Below the pieces are notes generated by a model. It was not told where the DNA came from and did not search any database. It saw nothing but the letters and a program-made list of their open reading frames with translations. A program made the position numbers and the translations under genes. 64,000 bases of DNA, taken from positions 67,580,001-67,644,000 of the forward strand of contig OZ241830.1 of the NCBI GenBank assembly GCA_965202585.1, read 5' to 3'. This document shows positions 1-11,907 of the stretch, in pieces. The DNA is from Thalia democratica. Its lineage: Eukaryota. Each line of letters begins with the position of its first letter. Position 1 is the stretch's first letter.

Positions 1-464
1 TTAAGTATATATTGCGTTGTTTTGTTCTTTTTGAATGTCATATATATTTCTGCCGTTGAAGTTTAAGCATATTACAGCCTAAAATATTTGACATAATTCA
101 GTAAGATGTGTGTATTTAATTGGTTTTTAAACTAAAATTGATGTCAATCTTTTAACTTAATATTACTTTCTTACTAGTTAGTCATGAAGTTACTCTAAAA
201 CTACAGTTGAAACTGTATTAAGATTTTGCATAAAACTTACCTTTTTAATTTAAATTTTATGTTTTAAATTCCATATTTAAATAAAATAATTTTATTACAC
301 TCAAAAAAAAAACACATTTATAACTCGATCCATAAAACAAGTAAAAAATGTTATGACAAATTTATTTTTACTGTTAAAGTTATTATGGATACATAGATCA
401 GATGTTTATTTTTATTTTAATGTTAAAAAAATAAATAATTTTTTTTAGGCAGGTTTAACTTAAA

Positions 465-2244
465 ATGAGTTTTAAATTATCAAAAAATCGTAGAAAAAGC
501 TTTAGTTTAGTTAAAGCATGCAAAAACAATGCTCGAAAGATAAATGAAAACAAAAATAAGATAAAAGTTTTTGAAACAGGTTTAATTTTTTGTTTTAAAA
601 TATGTATTTCGGAAGTATTTATTTATAAACCTTATGATTATTTTGTCAACTTCAGATTTGCTATTAAACCAAGTTACCTCAGGATTTTTAGAAAAAACAC
701 AATTTATTTAAACGCTTTAAATATATTTTTTAATTGCTTCATAAATAACAAGTATATAGGAAATTTAAGTTAAGGTTTGAAAATAAAAGATGTTAACTAA
801 TACTTTTAAAACACTTTTAGGTCGGAAAAAATCTAAAGAAGCAATGTTTGTCTCGGCTTTCAAACTAAATAAACTTTTTCTACTAACAAACGTACCAAAA
901 CTAAGCAGAAAAATTGAAGATAATTTAACTGTTCAAAACGTATCCACATACTGCCAGATGTCACACATTTACAATCTAAACGTTCTATTTAAAAAAACGT
1001 TCAGCTTCATTGAACGTTGTTTTGTAGGGGTTGCTGAAACTAAAAACTTTTTAGAAATAGAAGACATTTTGATTGCAAGAATAATGGGTAGTTCTGGGTT
1101 AAAAATTACTTCAGAATTAGAAGTTTTCAATGCTATAGATAGCTGGACTAGCTACAATACACAAAAAAGGAGCAAGCATGCAAAACATCTTTTTTTAAAG
1201 GTTCGGTTTCATCTTTTGCCCGATCGCACATTGAAACACGTTATTGATAAATCTTCATACTTTTCTAAAACTAAAGAACATGGTGCACTGTTCAATGCAG
1301 TTTTGGATAACAAAGAGAATTTTCCAAAAAAGTTGCTAAACAACTGCTACACCCATAGATATTGCGACCAACATGATTTTGATATAGTTATTTGTGGTGT
1401 TTTAGATGAACATTTAAAAAACTCAAACAAAGTGTTTCACAAAACAATAGAAAATGTGAAATTTATTACTCCAAAGAAACAAAAAGCAAATTTTAACCGA
1501 GTGGTTTGTTTGAAAGGAGAAATTTATGCAATAGCAGCAGGTAACTACATGTTTAAGGAAGACAAAACTACCATCGAAAAATACATTGCAAAAACGAATA
1601 CTTGGGAGAAAGTTTCACAAATAGACGACAACGGAGGACGAAGTTCATTTTGCTGCTGCGCTTTCATGAACGAAATATATTTACTAGGCGGCCGTTACCG
1701 ATGGTACGTGACCGACTCCTGCTTGAAGTTTGATGCAACAAGCCGCGCTTGGAAGGGAGTCACGGAGATGAGCGAAGCGCGCCAGCATGCGGCGTGCGCC
1801 GTTTTCCAAGGAAGAATCGTGGTTTGCGGCGGGGAAGATGACGAAGAAGAAAATTACTCGGAAACGGTCGAGTCGTATGACGTCATCACCGACACTTGGT
1901 CGCCGATGCCCAGCATGATGGAAAGCAAAAGCAGGCACAGCGCAGTTGCGGTGAGAAGCAAGTATTACGTCATCTGCGAACACGATTTTTGCGAGGTCTT
2001 TGACAGCGTTTGTAACAAGTTTGTTGCCTTAAAAGAACCGAATCTAAAATTTAGACGAATGAGTAAGGCTGTTTCAATTGGCAGTAAAATTTTTGTGTTT
2101 CGTTTTACTCAACCTAGTTTGGTGTTTATGATGTTGATAAAGACGAGTGGTCGGAGGAACTGTGTGAAATTACCAAAAATGTTCAATGTTTTTCCTGTAC
2201 AGTTGTACCATTTTGTTAATAAATTTGAAGTATTAATTGATTAG
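465..2244 (+). CDS. BACK-Kelch repeat protein (KLHL-like, no recognisable BTB); predicted exons 465..579 and 821..2244; C-terminal frameshift near 2118-2121
   Basis: BACK motif LKITSELEVFNAIDSW. Kelch blades with GG and W signatures (IYLLGG..W, IVVCGG..YDVITDTW). Donor CAG|GTTTAA at 580, branch-like CTAAT near 797 and acceptor TTTTAG at 819-820 are phase-1 compatible. Exon 1 is inferred from splice signals only. Confidence 0.85.
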
Positions 2245-3651
2245 CTAAGTGCCAAATAATTGTATAAATTGTACAGAAATCTAAGACAAAATTCATTCAA
2301 AAACATCTTTATTAAAGCAACAAACAAGTAAAATCGATTTCGGCTAACGCTTTTCAATTACTTTAGTTAGCAACTAATTTTAAGATTAAATTTTGAGTAT
2401 ATAAATAGTTAGAGGTTACATCAGAAAAATCAATTAACACTAATTAGCATAATTGAGCAAAAATTAATTAAACATTCACAATTCATAAATGCATATACAA
2501 AACAGTTTATCAGTAATTTAACTAAGATAAGCAACATTAAAAATAAAATAAAAATAAGCGACAAAATTCAAATAAAATCTATAACAACTTATAAAGATTA
2601 GATTTATAAACGTATTGTTGCTTACACAAATTAGGTTTACATGTTTTTATAAATAGAGATTCTAAAACACTTAGGTGATAATCGTTACGAGCTTTTTTAC
2701 TCTTTATTTTCGTAATCGTCTTTTTTTTTCGATTGACTAACAACGGACGATTCATAGCAAAATGTTTTTATCATATTCGTTTAGATCAGAGTAGTACAAA
2801 GCTGTATGCAATAAAGAAGTTTAATATGACTAATAATTTAATTTTGCATAAAAACATGATAAATCATAAGGTACATTTTGTAGTAGAAATCAATTTAGAA
2901 CACTTATAAATTGAATCATTCAAGTCAACTTAAATATCGCAAACAAGTTCAAACTCACTTAAGAACCAAAAATACCCTACAAACTTGTAACTTTTTAAAA
3001 ATTATACAAAAACATTCATATTTTTGATAGCAGATTGATAAAATAAAATTTAAAAGTTAAAAAAACTAACAAGATAAAGTTTCAAACTTTATAATACAAA
3101 ACTTTAAAAATTTTAATTATAATGTTTTTAAGGCTTGTAATTGATTATATGTTATAAAAACCTACATTTTATGCAATAATGTAAAAAAAAGTGTCTTATT
3201 TCTAGATGTATAAATAGCATAAAAAAAAGTTAGTCATTATTTGAAATCATTACTGGTTTATAATTAGTTTTATTGTTTGAGACAGCAAACGAAGGAAAAA
3301 TACAAATGTTTTTACTTTATACATTTTTATCAGTTTAAATTTTTAGTATTATAAAAAATCTAGGTATCACAAAATTATAATTTCCTAAAACTTCAATTTT
3401 CTAAACGAAACTTACAATATAGTAAATAACTTTTAAAATCAACACAATTATAAAAAAGAGTGAAAATCTTAAGAGCTCTTCTGCAAGCTTATCGAAGGAA
3501 AAAATCTAAAATAACTGAAGGTTTGTGCTTAATAAGAAAATTTTTCAAACGTCCTTGATAAAAGTAGGAATAAAATTCTACAAAAATTTACTAAAAAGGC
3601 ATAAGCAGCAAAACAAACTAAAACCGTCAATTGAAATTGAGACGTGCAGCA

Positions 3652-6600
3652 TCAAACGACGTTGTGTTTGAACAGCACGTAGTTGGCCATCGTGTGGTTG
3701 CCCGACTGCCGGTACATCAAGCTGAGGTTGAAGGCGATCTCGTGCCGGAGGTCGAAGCTGTCCTCGCACACCGCGTCGACCACAGTGGCAGGTGGTCCGC
3801 ACTTCAACGCGTCCTCGTAAATGTGCACCGCAAAGTGGTTCAGCCCGATCTGGTGGAGGGCGCGCCCGATGTTGTACAGCGACTCCTGCTTGTTGTTCCG
3901 CAGCTGCCATTTCAAACATTATACAGGTTTGTTCAAGTTTTATTTGAAATATCAGCCTTTTCAGTTTATATTAAATAACATCATTACTGAAAGAAGGATA
4001 TTTTGTTTACTTATCAAACAGAAGCTGACTCATGAACTTTCAAAAATTTTAAGTAGCTTTTATTGTTATTGAATGCACAAAGTTAAAATTATGTTTGCGG
4101 GTATTTATATCCGAATGAAATAAGTGCGGGTTAAAACTGTACTTACAAAAAACCTTTATATAGCTTTTATTAATCTTTAATAGTTAACCTATCAATGAAA
4201 TATTACAAACAACTTTGTTTCATTAATTTCAAAAACGTCAGCTTTTAGACTTTATCAAAACAAATATTCTAGCAAGAAAACTAAACATTACCATTGAGGA
4301 TCTTCAACGTAATAAACAGTCTATCAAAATAATCAAACCTGGCAATACTTGGCAAGGAGTGCGAAGGCTTGCGCGACATAAGTGTGCTTGTTACCGCAAG
4401 TTTTCTGCGTGAGTATGTGGCAGTAGCAAATTCCCACTATCAAATGCAGTTCCGGATTTTCTTGCTCCTGCAAGTAATCTTGTTATTTATCAGATAAGTT
4501 TATTCGATAGCAACGACGAAAGTTGGTTTAAAAAAGCTACGTACGTTTTCTAAATGAATCTAAAGACATTTTTAAACTGTAAAAGTATTACTTTAACTTA
4601 CACATTCACTTCTTTAATACATTACACAAAGATACTATAAGAGTTTCAAAAATTTATGAATTTTAGATATAAGTAAAAGAACGAGTTTAAAAAACTATAT
4701 ACTTTTAGTTTTTCTCAGAAAAGGATTAAAATTGTTAATAACGTTTAGTTTGCTTATAATTACTTTTTGAAACTTTACTTGGTTTTTAATAAAATATATT
4801 AGTGAACTTTTATTATGTACTATTCTGTTTTTGATAACTAAAAATTATGAAAAACAAATAAAGTACAGATACATCCACAAAAAACTGACAAACTTCTTCT
4901 AGTAGTTCGATGTAATAATTAAGTGCAGGTCTGAAGTTATTAGATGCAATATCTCCATGAGCGAACATGCTTTGAAGCGGGTAAACTTTCTTATCTTGTA
5001 CCTGTAATTGTATACTTGCTTTTCGTGAATGCTTTTAAAAAGAAAACAGATTAACCACTTTGTTTTGCTAGTAATTAAATTTGAAAATAACACTAAAACA
5101 ACTTATCATTATTGCGAAAAACTTTAACTTACTCTGCAATTAAAAAGTGGTAAACATAACCAGTCATTAAAATAATACTTTACATTAGCACAAAACAAAA
5201 AACGTCAACATAAGTTTACTTACTATAAAGCGCATTATTGTTGTAAAAACAATAACTATTGGAATAAAATAATAGATAACCAATACTGGGATATAGACAG
5301 TATTCAATAAACACGTATTTATTATCTTAGATAAAAAAAACCTTAAACGCAAAATTTTCTGCCTTGCAATTAATAATACTTTTCTGCGAATTTTTTTGAC
5401 ACAATACTGACCGCCATGATTCTGTGGAGAAACCTGTGAGTGTTTTTGAGAACCTTCTGACTGTGAGACATCCTGGTGACCACCTGATTGAATATATTCC
5501 ACACGTGGTTCTGCACCGACGACTGGTCCTCCTTCTTCGACAAGATCACCTTCCTTCAATTGATATACAACAGGTTTGTATGGAAACAATGTACAGTAAG
5601 ACAGTGTTTGTATAAATGATGTTAGAATTTTAAACTTATATTTATAAAAAAAAAACAGTCTTTATTTCGGATGCCATTTATAAAAGCACTAAAAGTTTTA
5701 ATACAGTTTTTAATTTAAAAATGTATACTAAAATCCAAAATTAGCTGAAAATACTGCTTGATAAGTTTATTTATGTTTGTAAAATTAAAATTTAATAAAA
5801 ATGCAGCAAAGTATTCATTATATCAACAAAACAAATAACTTGATTCAAACAAACTTGAGTATTTTGTAGGCGTAATAGTACCACCCGCTCAACAGGCTGA
5901 ACCTGAACAAAATAACTTCCAGCTTGCTTCTTGAAATTTTCGCGCGCGAAAAGAAGTTTTTCTCCTTCATAACGTGGTCGCTTATCAAACAGGCCTCCTT
6001 GTATCTTTTGCACGTGTTGAGCAGGTTCAGCAACTCCTTGATTGATAAGGTTGATTATATTGGTGGAGTCTTAGGTCGTAAAATTTTTTGTACTAAAGAA
6101 ATAATATGCAGCAAAAATATTAAAATAGTTTGGAATCTTAAGTTGTAAACTATTTGTATTAAAATGGATTTTTTTGGTATGATTTAACCTTATGTTAAAG
6201 TTGAGCTTATCTCACGGCATACGAAGGTCCAGGCTTAAGCTTTTAACTTTGTCAAACTTTTAACTTTTTAATAATAAAAAAAAAATTATGCATCTATCTT
6301 AAATAAAAATTGTTTCAATTAAGAACTTTTGATAGTTTGAATTAAAAACCAAACATAAAAAAACTTTTATATATAATTTTCAAAAAAATTAAAAACATTG
6401 TTTTTTATAACTTTTTTATTTTACATATAAAGGTTTCTAATAACTAAAATAGTTTTAAAAAAATTGAACGTAAGCTTTACTAGTATTAATAACTTATTGT
6501 AATAAATTGCAGAACTTATAAAATCACTTAAAAAATTTTCACAGCATCAAAGCTCAAACATTAGTATGTATTACACAAAAATGTTTGTGTTTAATACTGA

Positions 6601-9274
6601 TTTTTAAAAAGTTTTCTTCTTGACTGAAATTTTCCGTATAATTGAGCGTCCGGATAAGTGAATAAGCATTGTACAACTAAACTATTTTTCAATTAAAAAA
6701 TTACACTCATATTTCAAACTCGCTTACAAGTGTCAAAAGCAAAACTAAAAGAGTTTCAAATACACTAGCGTTCTAAAACATACCTGTGAAACAGTATCAA
6801 AACAAACCTTGTAAAAGTCGATCCACTGCCTCTGCTTGAAGACCTGCCAGTCGGCTTTCAGGTACAATTCCTCGTCAATCCTCTGCTTGCCCGCCCTCTT
6901 GCAAGTCACTTTGATCTCGCCTGCGAACGGGTTGGTTGTTTTCCTACTTCGCTTCACTATTGACAGCTGAAAAATTTGAACGTTGAACCAGTTAATTTGT
7001 ATTTATTTTAAAAGTTATTAAGTGCCCAGACAGTATGAGAAAATTAAAGTTTGATAATTCGGTAAAGACCTTGTAAATAATATATTTTTGTTTACACAAA
7101 GTAAAGTGAGAAATGAAGAATCAGCATGATATTTAGAAGATAAAATAAGTAATTTTTTTAAGAAAAATTTAACAGATAAAAAATAAAAGTTGCATTCAAT
7201 ATGGTCGTCAAAGGTTTTTCTGACAAAATTTTCTAGGTTTTCTAAACTTATTCCAGATATTTTAAATAACAATATTTTGGTTTCTTTTGGTTTGAAAGTA
7301 AATTTAAGGTAAACAACTGACTTAGAATGTATAACAACATTGAAAAGACACTGTAAATCTACTTAAAATATGTTAAAAAAGCACTTTATTATTATTTTCT
7401 TTTACTATATGATAGATTTTTGAAATATAATCGAAATTTAATTTCTTTGCATGTTAAGTTTCTTTAAAATTCCAGATTTTTTAATGATTTTTGTTCAAAA
7501 TTCCAGATTTTCCAGGCTTTTCCCAGATTTCTCAAACTCCAGGTTTTTTTTTACAAAATTGTCAAATGTCAGGTTTTTTAACAACTCTGATACGAAAATA
7601 ACCAAACAAAGTACTTTTATATTTATTGGAAAACAAGAAAACTGTCTGTACTAAGCAGAAAAAGTGCTAACTGAAATTAACCTCAGTTTTGAAAGTACTT
7701 TTCAGTCTGTTGGCGAGCATAATCAATACAACATCCGCTGCAGCTGCTAGCTTCTTTCTGTGATTAATCATGTTTATTAGCATTAAGGGTATAAGTTAGT
7801 TAAGAATTAATAAACATTTTTTTTACTTCCAGTAACTTTAAAAAAAAATAGTCTATCAGTTGGTATTAGTGATCTATCGTATCCTAATTTTGTGAATTGG
7901 TTTAAGCACTTATAATTGAGCAAAATATTTCTTTAATTTAAAATTTGCTTTAAAGCAGTGTTTCTAATAATATATGTATTAAAACTCTAGGTTTTCATAA
8001 TTGGTTATAAAACTTCGGTGCAATTTTTATTATCAAGAAAAACATTCTACAAAAAAAAACATTTTTGAAAACATTTTAACTTAATAATTTAACCACAATA
8101 AAATAATCTACTGTAAAAAGTATTAATAATACAATTACAAAACAACTAATGTTCGGTTTTTTTCTATAGTTTCTACACATTAAGCGTTTCATCAGAACAG
8201 TAACAGAGTTAAAATAAACCTTTTTTAAAGAATCAAAAAATTTCACATTATAACGTTTCAAATAAATTTAAATAACTTCAGTTGGCTAATGCATTAGCCA
8301 ACTAAAACTATTCCAATTTATTTGAAACGTCGTAATGTGTATTTTTTTGATCCTTAAAAAAATATGCTAACTTTGTTATTGTTCTGATGAAACTACAGTA
8401 AACAAACCGAACATTAGTTTTTTTTTTATTATTAATATTAATCTCTGCTTTCGTATCAAAAGATTTGGCTTTTATCGAATAAAAAAACAGCTCCAAATAC
8501 TGTTTTAAGTACATAAGTAATCTTCTTAAAATTATCTTTTCCTCATCTAGATTTTATTATACATATTTATTAATAATTTTTAACTTTGCTAAAGCTAAAC
8601 AGAACGTAAGGAAAAAATCAGACTTCAAATTAGGGTTTCATTATAAAAAAATACTATTTAATTTTAGCTAACGATTCTTAAATTCTATTTAAGCTGATAA
8701 AAGTGTTCTGGTAACTCGAAACGGCACAGCTTGACTTCTTAAACATAAAAACAAACGCGCTAACTTAACATTCAACAAATAACAAACTTTTTATTGGGAT
8801 GCTGGCCCCACTTTTTGAAAACTTTGAACCTGCAATTCAGCAGCCTCATCTGGTCTTTCGGTGAAATTTCATTTTCATTCTCCTCTTTCTCAGCTCCATC
8901 TAGTGTCTAAAGTATTATCAAAAAATTAGACACTTCACAAAATCTCAAAAAGTTTCAAACAAAAGCAGACTAATTAAACAACCAAAACACCTCGATGGCG
9001 ACGCGGTATTCCCCGGTGTCGAGCAAGATGGCGGCCAGCTCCAGCCTGATGTCGACCGAGTCCTCCGCCGATATCTGCAGGCACTTGAAAAAATTCTCCT
9101 TGGCGCTCTTGTAGTCGTTGAGCTTCAGCAGCAACATGCCCTTCAACTTGAACAGCTCTTTGCTGGTGGAAAAGTGCGCGAAGTGGTGGACTTCCAATTC
9201 CTCGATCAACCGCAACGATTCGACGTACTGGCCCGCTTCGAAGCACGCCACGCAAACACTTATCTGCACGTCCG
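3652..9274 (-). CDS. GTF3C3: General transcription factor IIIC subunit 3 (TFIIIC102, TPR protein), 3' nine exons: 8991..9274, 8788..8906, 7682..7757, 6808..6966, 5855..6036, 5412..5553, 4894..5001, 4339..4467, 3652..3903 (about 482 aa); 5' exons not found
   Basis: All eight junctions are GT-AG and phase-consistent. The translation has motifs matching recalled human GTF3C3: VWNIFNQV, AQAFALLAKYCQLRNNKQESLYNIGRALHQIGL, DLRHEIAFNLSLMYRQSGN, DIRLELAAILL. Confidence 0.9.
7200..7589. mobile_element. Degenerate relative of the CAGGGTTGCCA MITE within a GTF3C3 intron (also in copy B at about 40780..41169)
   Basis: Shares blocks with 9320..9729 (aaatttaaggtaaacaactg..gtataacaacattgaaaaga; ccagg-rich tail) and ends in taacaactctg, similar to TGGCAACCCTG. 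The left end is uncertain. Confidence 0.45.
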
Positions 9275-9297
9275 CTGTTTGTCAGGAACTTGTTAAG

Positions 9298-9729
9298 CAG
9301 GGTTGCCAAAGGATTTTGGCAAGTTTTCTCCAGGTTTTCAAAATTTCTTCCAGGTTTCTAAAATTAGACGTTTTACGGTCTATTTTCAGTTTTTAAATTA
9401 AGTTTAAGGTAAAAAACTGTGCCTAATAGTATAACAACATTGAAAAGATTTCTAAAAGCTTCTATAAATTTGTTTTTTTATTAAAAAAAATTTGAAGATG
9501 ACAAAAATGTTTATTTATAAGATAGATTATTTATTTGCAATTAAAACTTTACTACTTGACATTTAAAAGTTGTTTAAAATACCATACTTTTCAGGTATTT
9601 TTAGTGATTTTTACTCAAAATACCAGGTTTTTTTTCAAAATTACTCTAATTCAGGATTTTTCTTTTTTTTTTACCTTGAATTTTCAAATTACAAATTTTT
9701 CCTGGATTCGAGGTTTTTTGGTAACCTTA
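9298..9729. mobile_element. hAT-type non-autonomous element (MITE); copy B at 42878..43308
   Basis: Left end CAGGGTTGCCA; right end TGGTAACCTTA (8/11 match to the inverted repeat). No coding capacity, and the 8-bp TSD is not preserved. Confidence 0.55.
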
Positions 9730-10557
9730 AAAAAGACATAACTTAACCCTCATATCTTTTAGTATATTAGTTTACAATAAAATTAAAAAATCTTAACTTT
9801 GCAGGTATTTTTTTACCTTTATATATATAATTATGTATACAATATTAACAACTAGTTTTTTTTTTTGCTTAATTTTAAATAGCACTATTTTTAATTTCAA
9901 ATAGGCCACATAAAAAATTCAAAGTAAATTTTGAGATAAAAGCCAGCGAAGTTGGTGAGCTCAGTAAGTTCCTTAAAGAAAGAGCAAACAAATAACGCAA
10001 AAAAAAAGATTATTTCACTAAAAACCTATCTTCTCCCTAAAATACATTCTATTTTACAGAAAGTCCATTATCAATATTTAAATATTTTTTAAATACAAAA
10101 ATATTTTCATTAAAAAAAAAATATTTATAATATTTTAAAAATTTCAACATTCAAAGTCTTAAAACTATATTAGGAACTATTCCTAAAAAATTTTGAGTCT
10201 TAAATTTTACAAATGAAATAAAAAAAGATAGATATTTTGTGATTTTAAAAATTCTGAGAAAATTGACAATGAAAAATTTGTAACTTTTTACAAAAAATAA
10301 AACATCTCAAAATTCTATAATTTTTTACAAAAAATAAAACATCTCAAAATTAAAATAAATTTTTATAATATCAAACAGTGGACTCATCACATGAAAAAGT
10401 AAAAATTAAGTTTTTGGAATTTTTCTTTGAAAATTTGTAGGTAGAAAGTCAAGGTTCTAAACTAAACTGTAAAAAGAACTATATATATATAACAACATTA
10501 TTAATATTTTTTTAACATCTCTATCTACTTTAAGGTTTTTTTTCGCTAATAAGTTAA

Positions 10558-11241
10558 GGGCATAGGGGTGTCCGACATTTTTTTTTTACAAAAATAACAT
10601 TGGACCTTATATGAAAGCTTAAAGTACAAACAACAAGCCAGTTTTTATAGAATTAAAAAAAATTATTTAACTTTTGAGATATTCTAATTTTCATAAAAAG
10701 TTTCCAATACAAATGAAAAATTGAAAGTTTTTCTAAGTCAATTTTCTTGGAAATTTAAAACATCACTAAAAACGTATCTTCTCCTTCATTTTTTGCGATA
10801 GAGACCTTAAATTTTCAGGAAACGTTCCTTTTGTAGTTTAAAAAAATTGAAAGTTGGAGTTTTTAAATATTAAAAAAATAACTTTAGATAAGAATAAAAC
10901 AAAAAAAAATAGGTGGTTTTTTTTTTAATAAAAATTTTATTTTTCAAAATTAAAAAAACTTCAATCTTTTTAAAATTTAATAATACACTTTTTTAGAAAA
11001 TTTGAAGAACATTGCTTTAAAAATGAAGGAGGAGATAGATTTTAAGTGAAATGGTCTTTTTTTGTGTTTTTAGTTTGGGCCTTTCATTAGAAACCTATTG
11101 ATGTCACTGACTTTGACTGCTCATGTTTTTAAAAATACTATGAATTTTTTCAAACTGTTAAATTAAAAATGTCTGATAGCTCGGATAAAACTCTATAAAA
11201 TAAGATCAACTTGTAAAAATCAAGGAGGACCCCCCTATGCC
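10558..11241. mobile_element. MITE with TTAA target duplication and GG..CC termini (Kolobok/T2-like); copy B at 44137..44821
   Basis: TTAA|GGGCATAGGGGTGTCC ... GGACCCCCTATGCCC|TTAA, with an 11-bp perfect TIR. Internal inverted repeat at about 10762-10800 versus 11017-11052. Confidence 0.8.
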
Positions 11242-11762
11242 CTTAAGCTTATTGTGTAAGTTAAGAATATTTCATATTCTTGTAATAATTCATAAAACTT
11301 CGAAAAGTTGAAAAACAATAGTATCAAGTAGGGATGGGAAATGTATGACCTGTAGACCAAATCTGTTAGCAAACAGAAATATGTGGCTGTGAAGTATTTT
11401 TAGCTTTGCAGAAAACAAATAAAATTAAGCTCTTACTAACAATAACTATACAATTTTCTTTTAATTTATTTTTAGTACACAGTTGTTTTTAATGAACCAG
11501 TAATTTAAACAATTAGTTTCAAACATTTTTTTTTCTTTGTGGTTGTAAAAATATTCAAAACTACATAGCCCACTAAAACTGCTTTTTAAAAAGTCTAGCC
11601 AAAGAGAGAATTTTTTAAGTAAATTTGTTCTAATAACTAAAAAAGTTTTCCACCCTTATTACAACAGTACAAAACTTTCTTAGACAAAAATGTAGTATTT
11701 GTGCAAACCAACTATGATACATAAAAACAATGATAATATTTATTTGACAAAACAAAACCAAC

Positions 11763-11907
11763 TTGTTTTCATAGGAAGTAGAACACATCTGGTTGTATTC
11801 TTGCTGCTCAGCATAAGTGTATGTGGAGCTGACAGGCTTCAATTCCAGGCTGACTTCTGTTGAGTGTGGCTCCTCTGCTTGTGAAACATCCATTTGTTCT
11901 TCACCTT
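11763..11907 (-). CDS. Orphan exon-like acidic segment (GEEQMDVSQAEEPHSTEVSLELKPVSSTYTYAEQQEYNQMCSTSYEN); copy B at 45342..45486
   Basis: Locally GC-richer open frame bounded by AG (11908-9) and GT (11761-2). No homology recognised. Confidence 0.35.

Noticed and set aside
1684-1983. 99-aa minus-strand ORF, and similar overlapping ORFs at 3578..3919, 3631..3978, 3821..4072, 5185..5589, 5424..5615, 5792..6013, 8974..9309 and 9118..9396
   Set aside because: Antisense or off-frame shadows of GC-rich Kelch and GTF3C3 exons; the true frames are fixed by homology and splice phase.
3904-3930. Apparent lack of an AG acceptor before KWQL, suggesting non-canonical introns
   Set aside because: TGGCAG|CTGCGG gives a canonical acceptor that joins in phase to the previous exon. 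All eight introns are GT-AG.
6223-6235. ACGGCATACGA matches part of the Illumina P7 adapter and loosely resembles the 5S rRNA 5' end
   Set aside because: Only 11 nt, flanks match neither, and it is present identically in both unit copies.
8690-8750. CTGATAA...CTCGAAAC hammerhead-like string
   Set aside because: Core mismatches, and no stem III/UH site with a matching stem I.
9902-9995. Plus-strand peptide PHKKFKVNFEIKASEVGELSKFLKERANK*, and minus-strand frames tested as a missing GTF3C3 exon
   Set aside because: Too short, no recognisable homology, weak splice sites, and adjacent to MITE-derived sequence.
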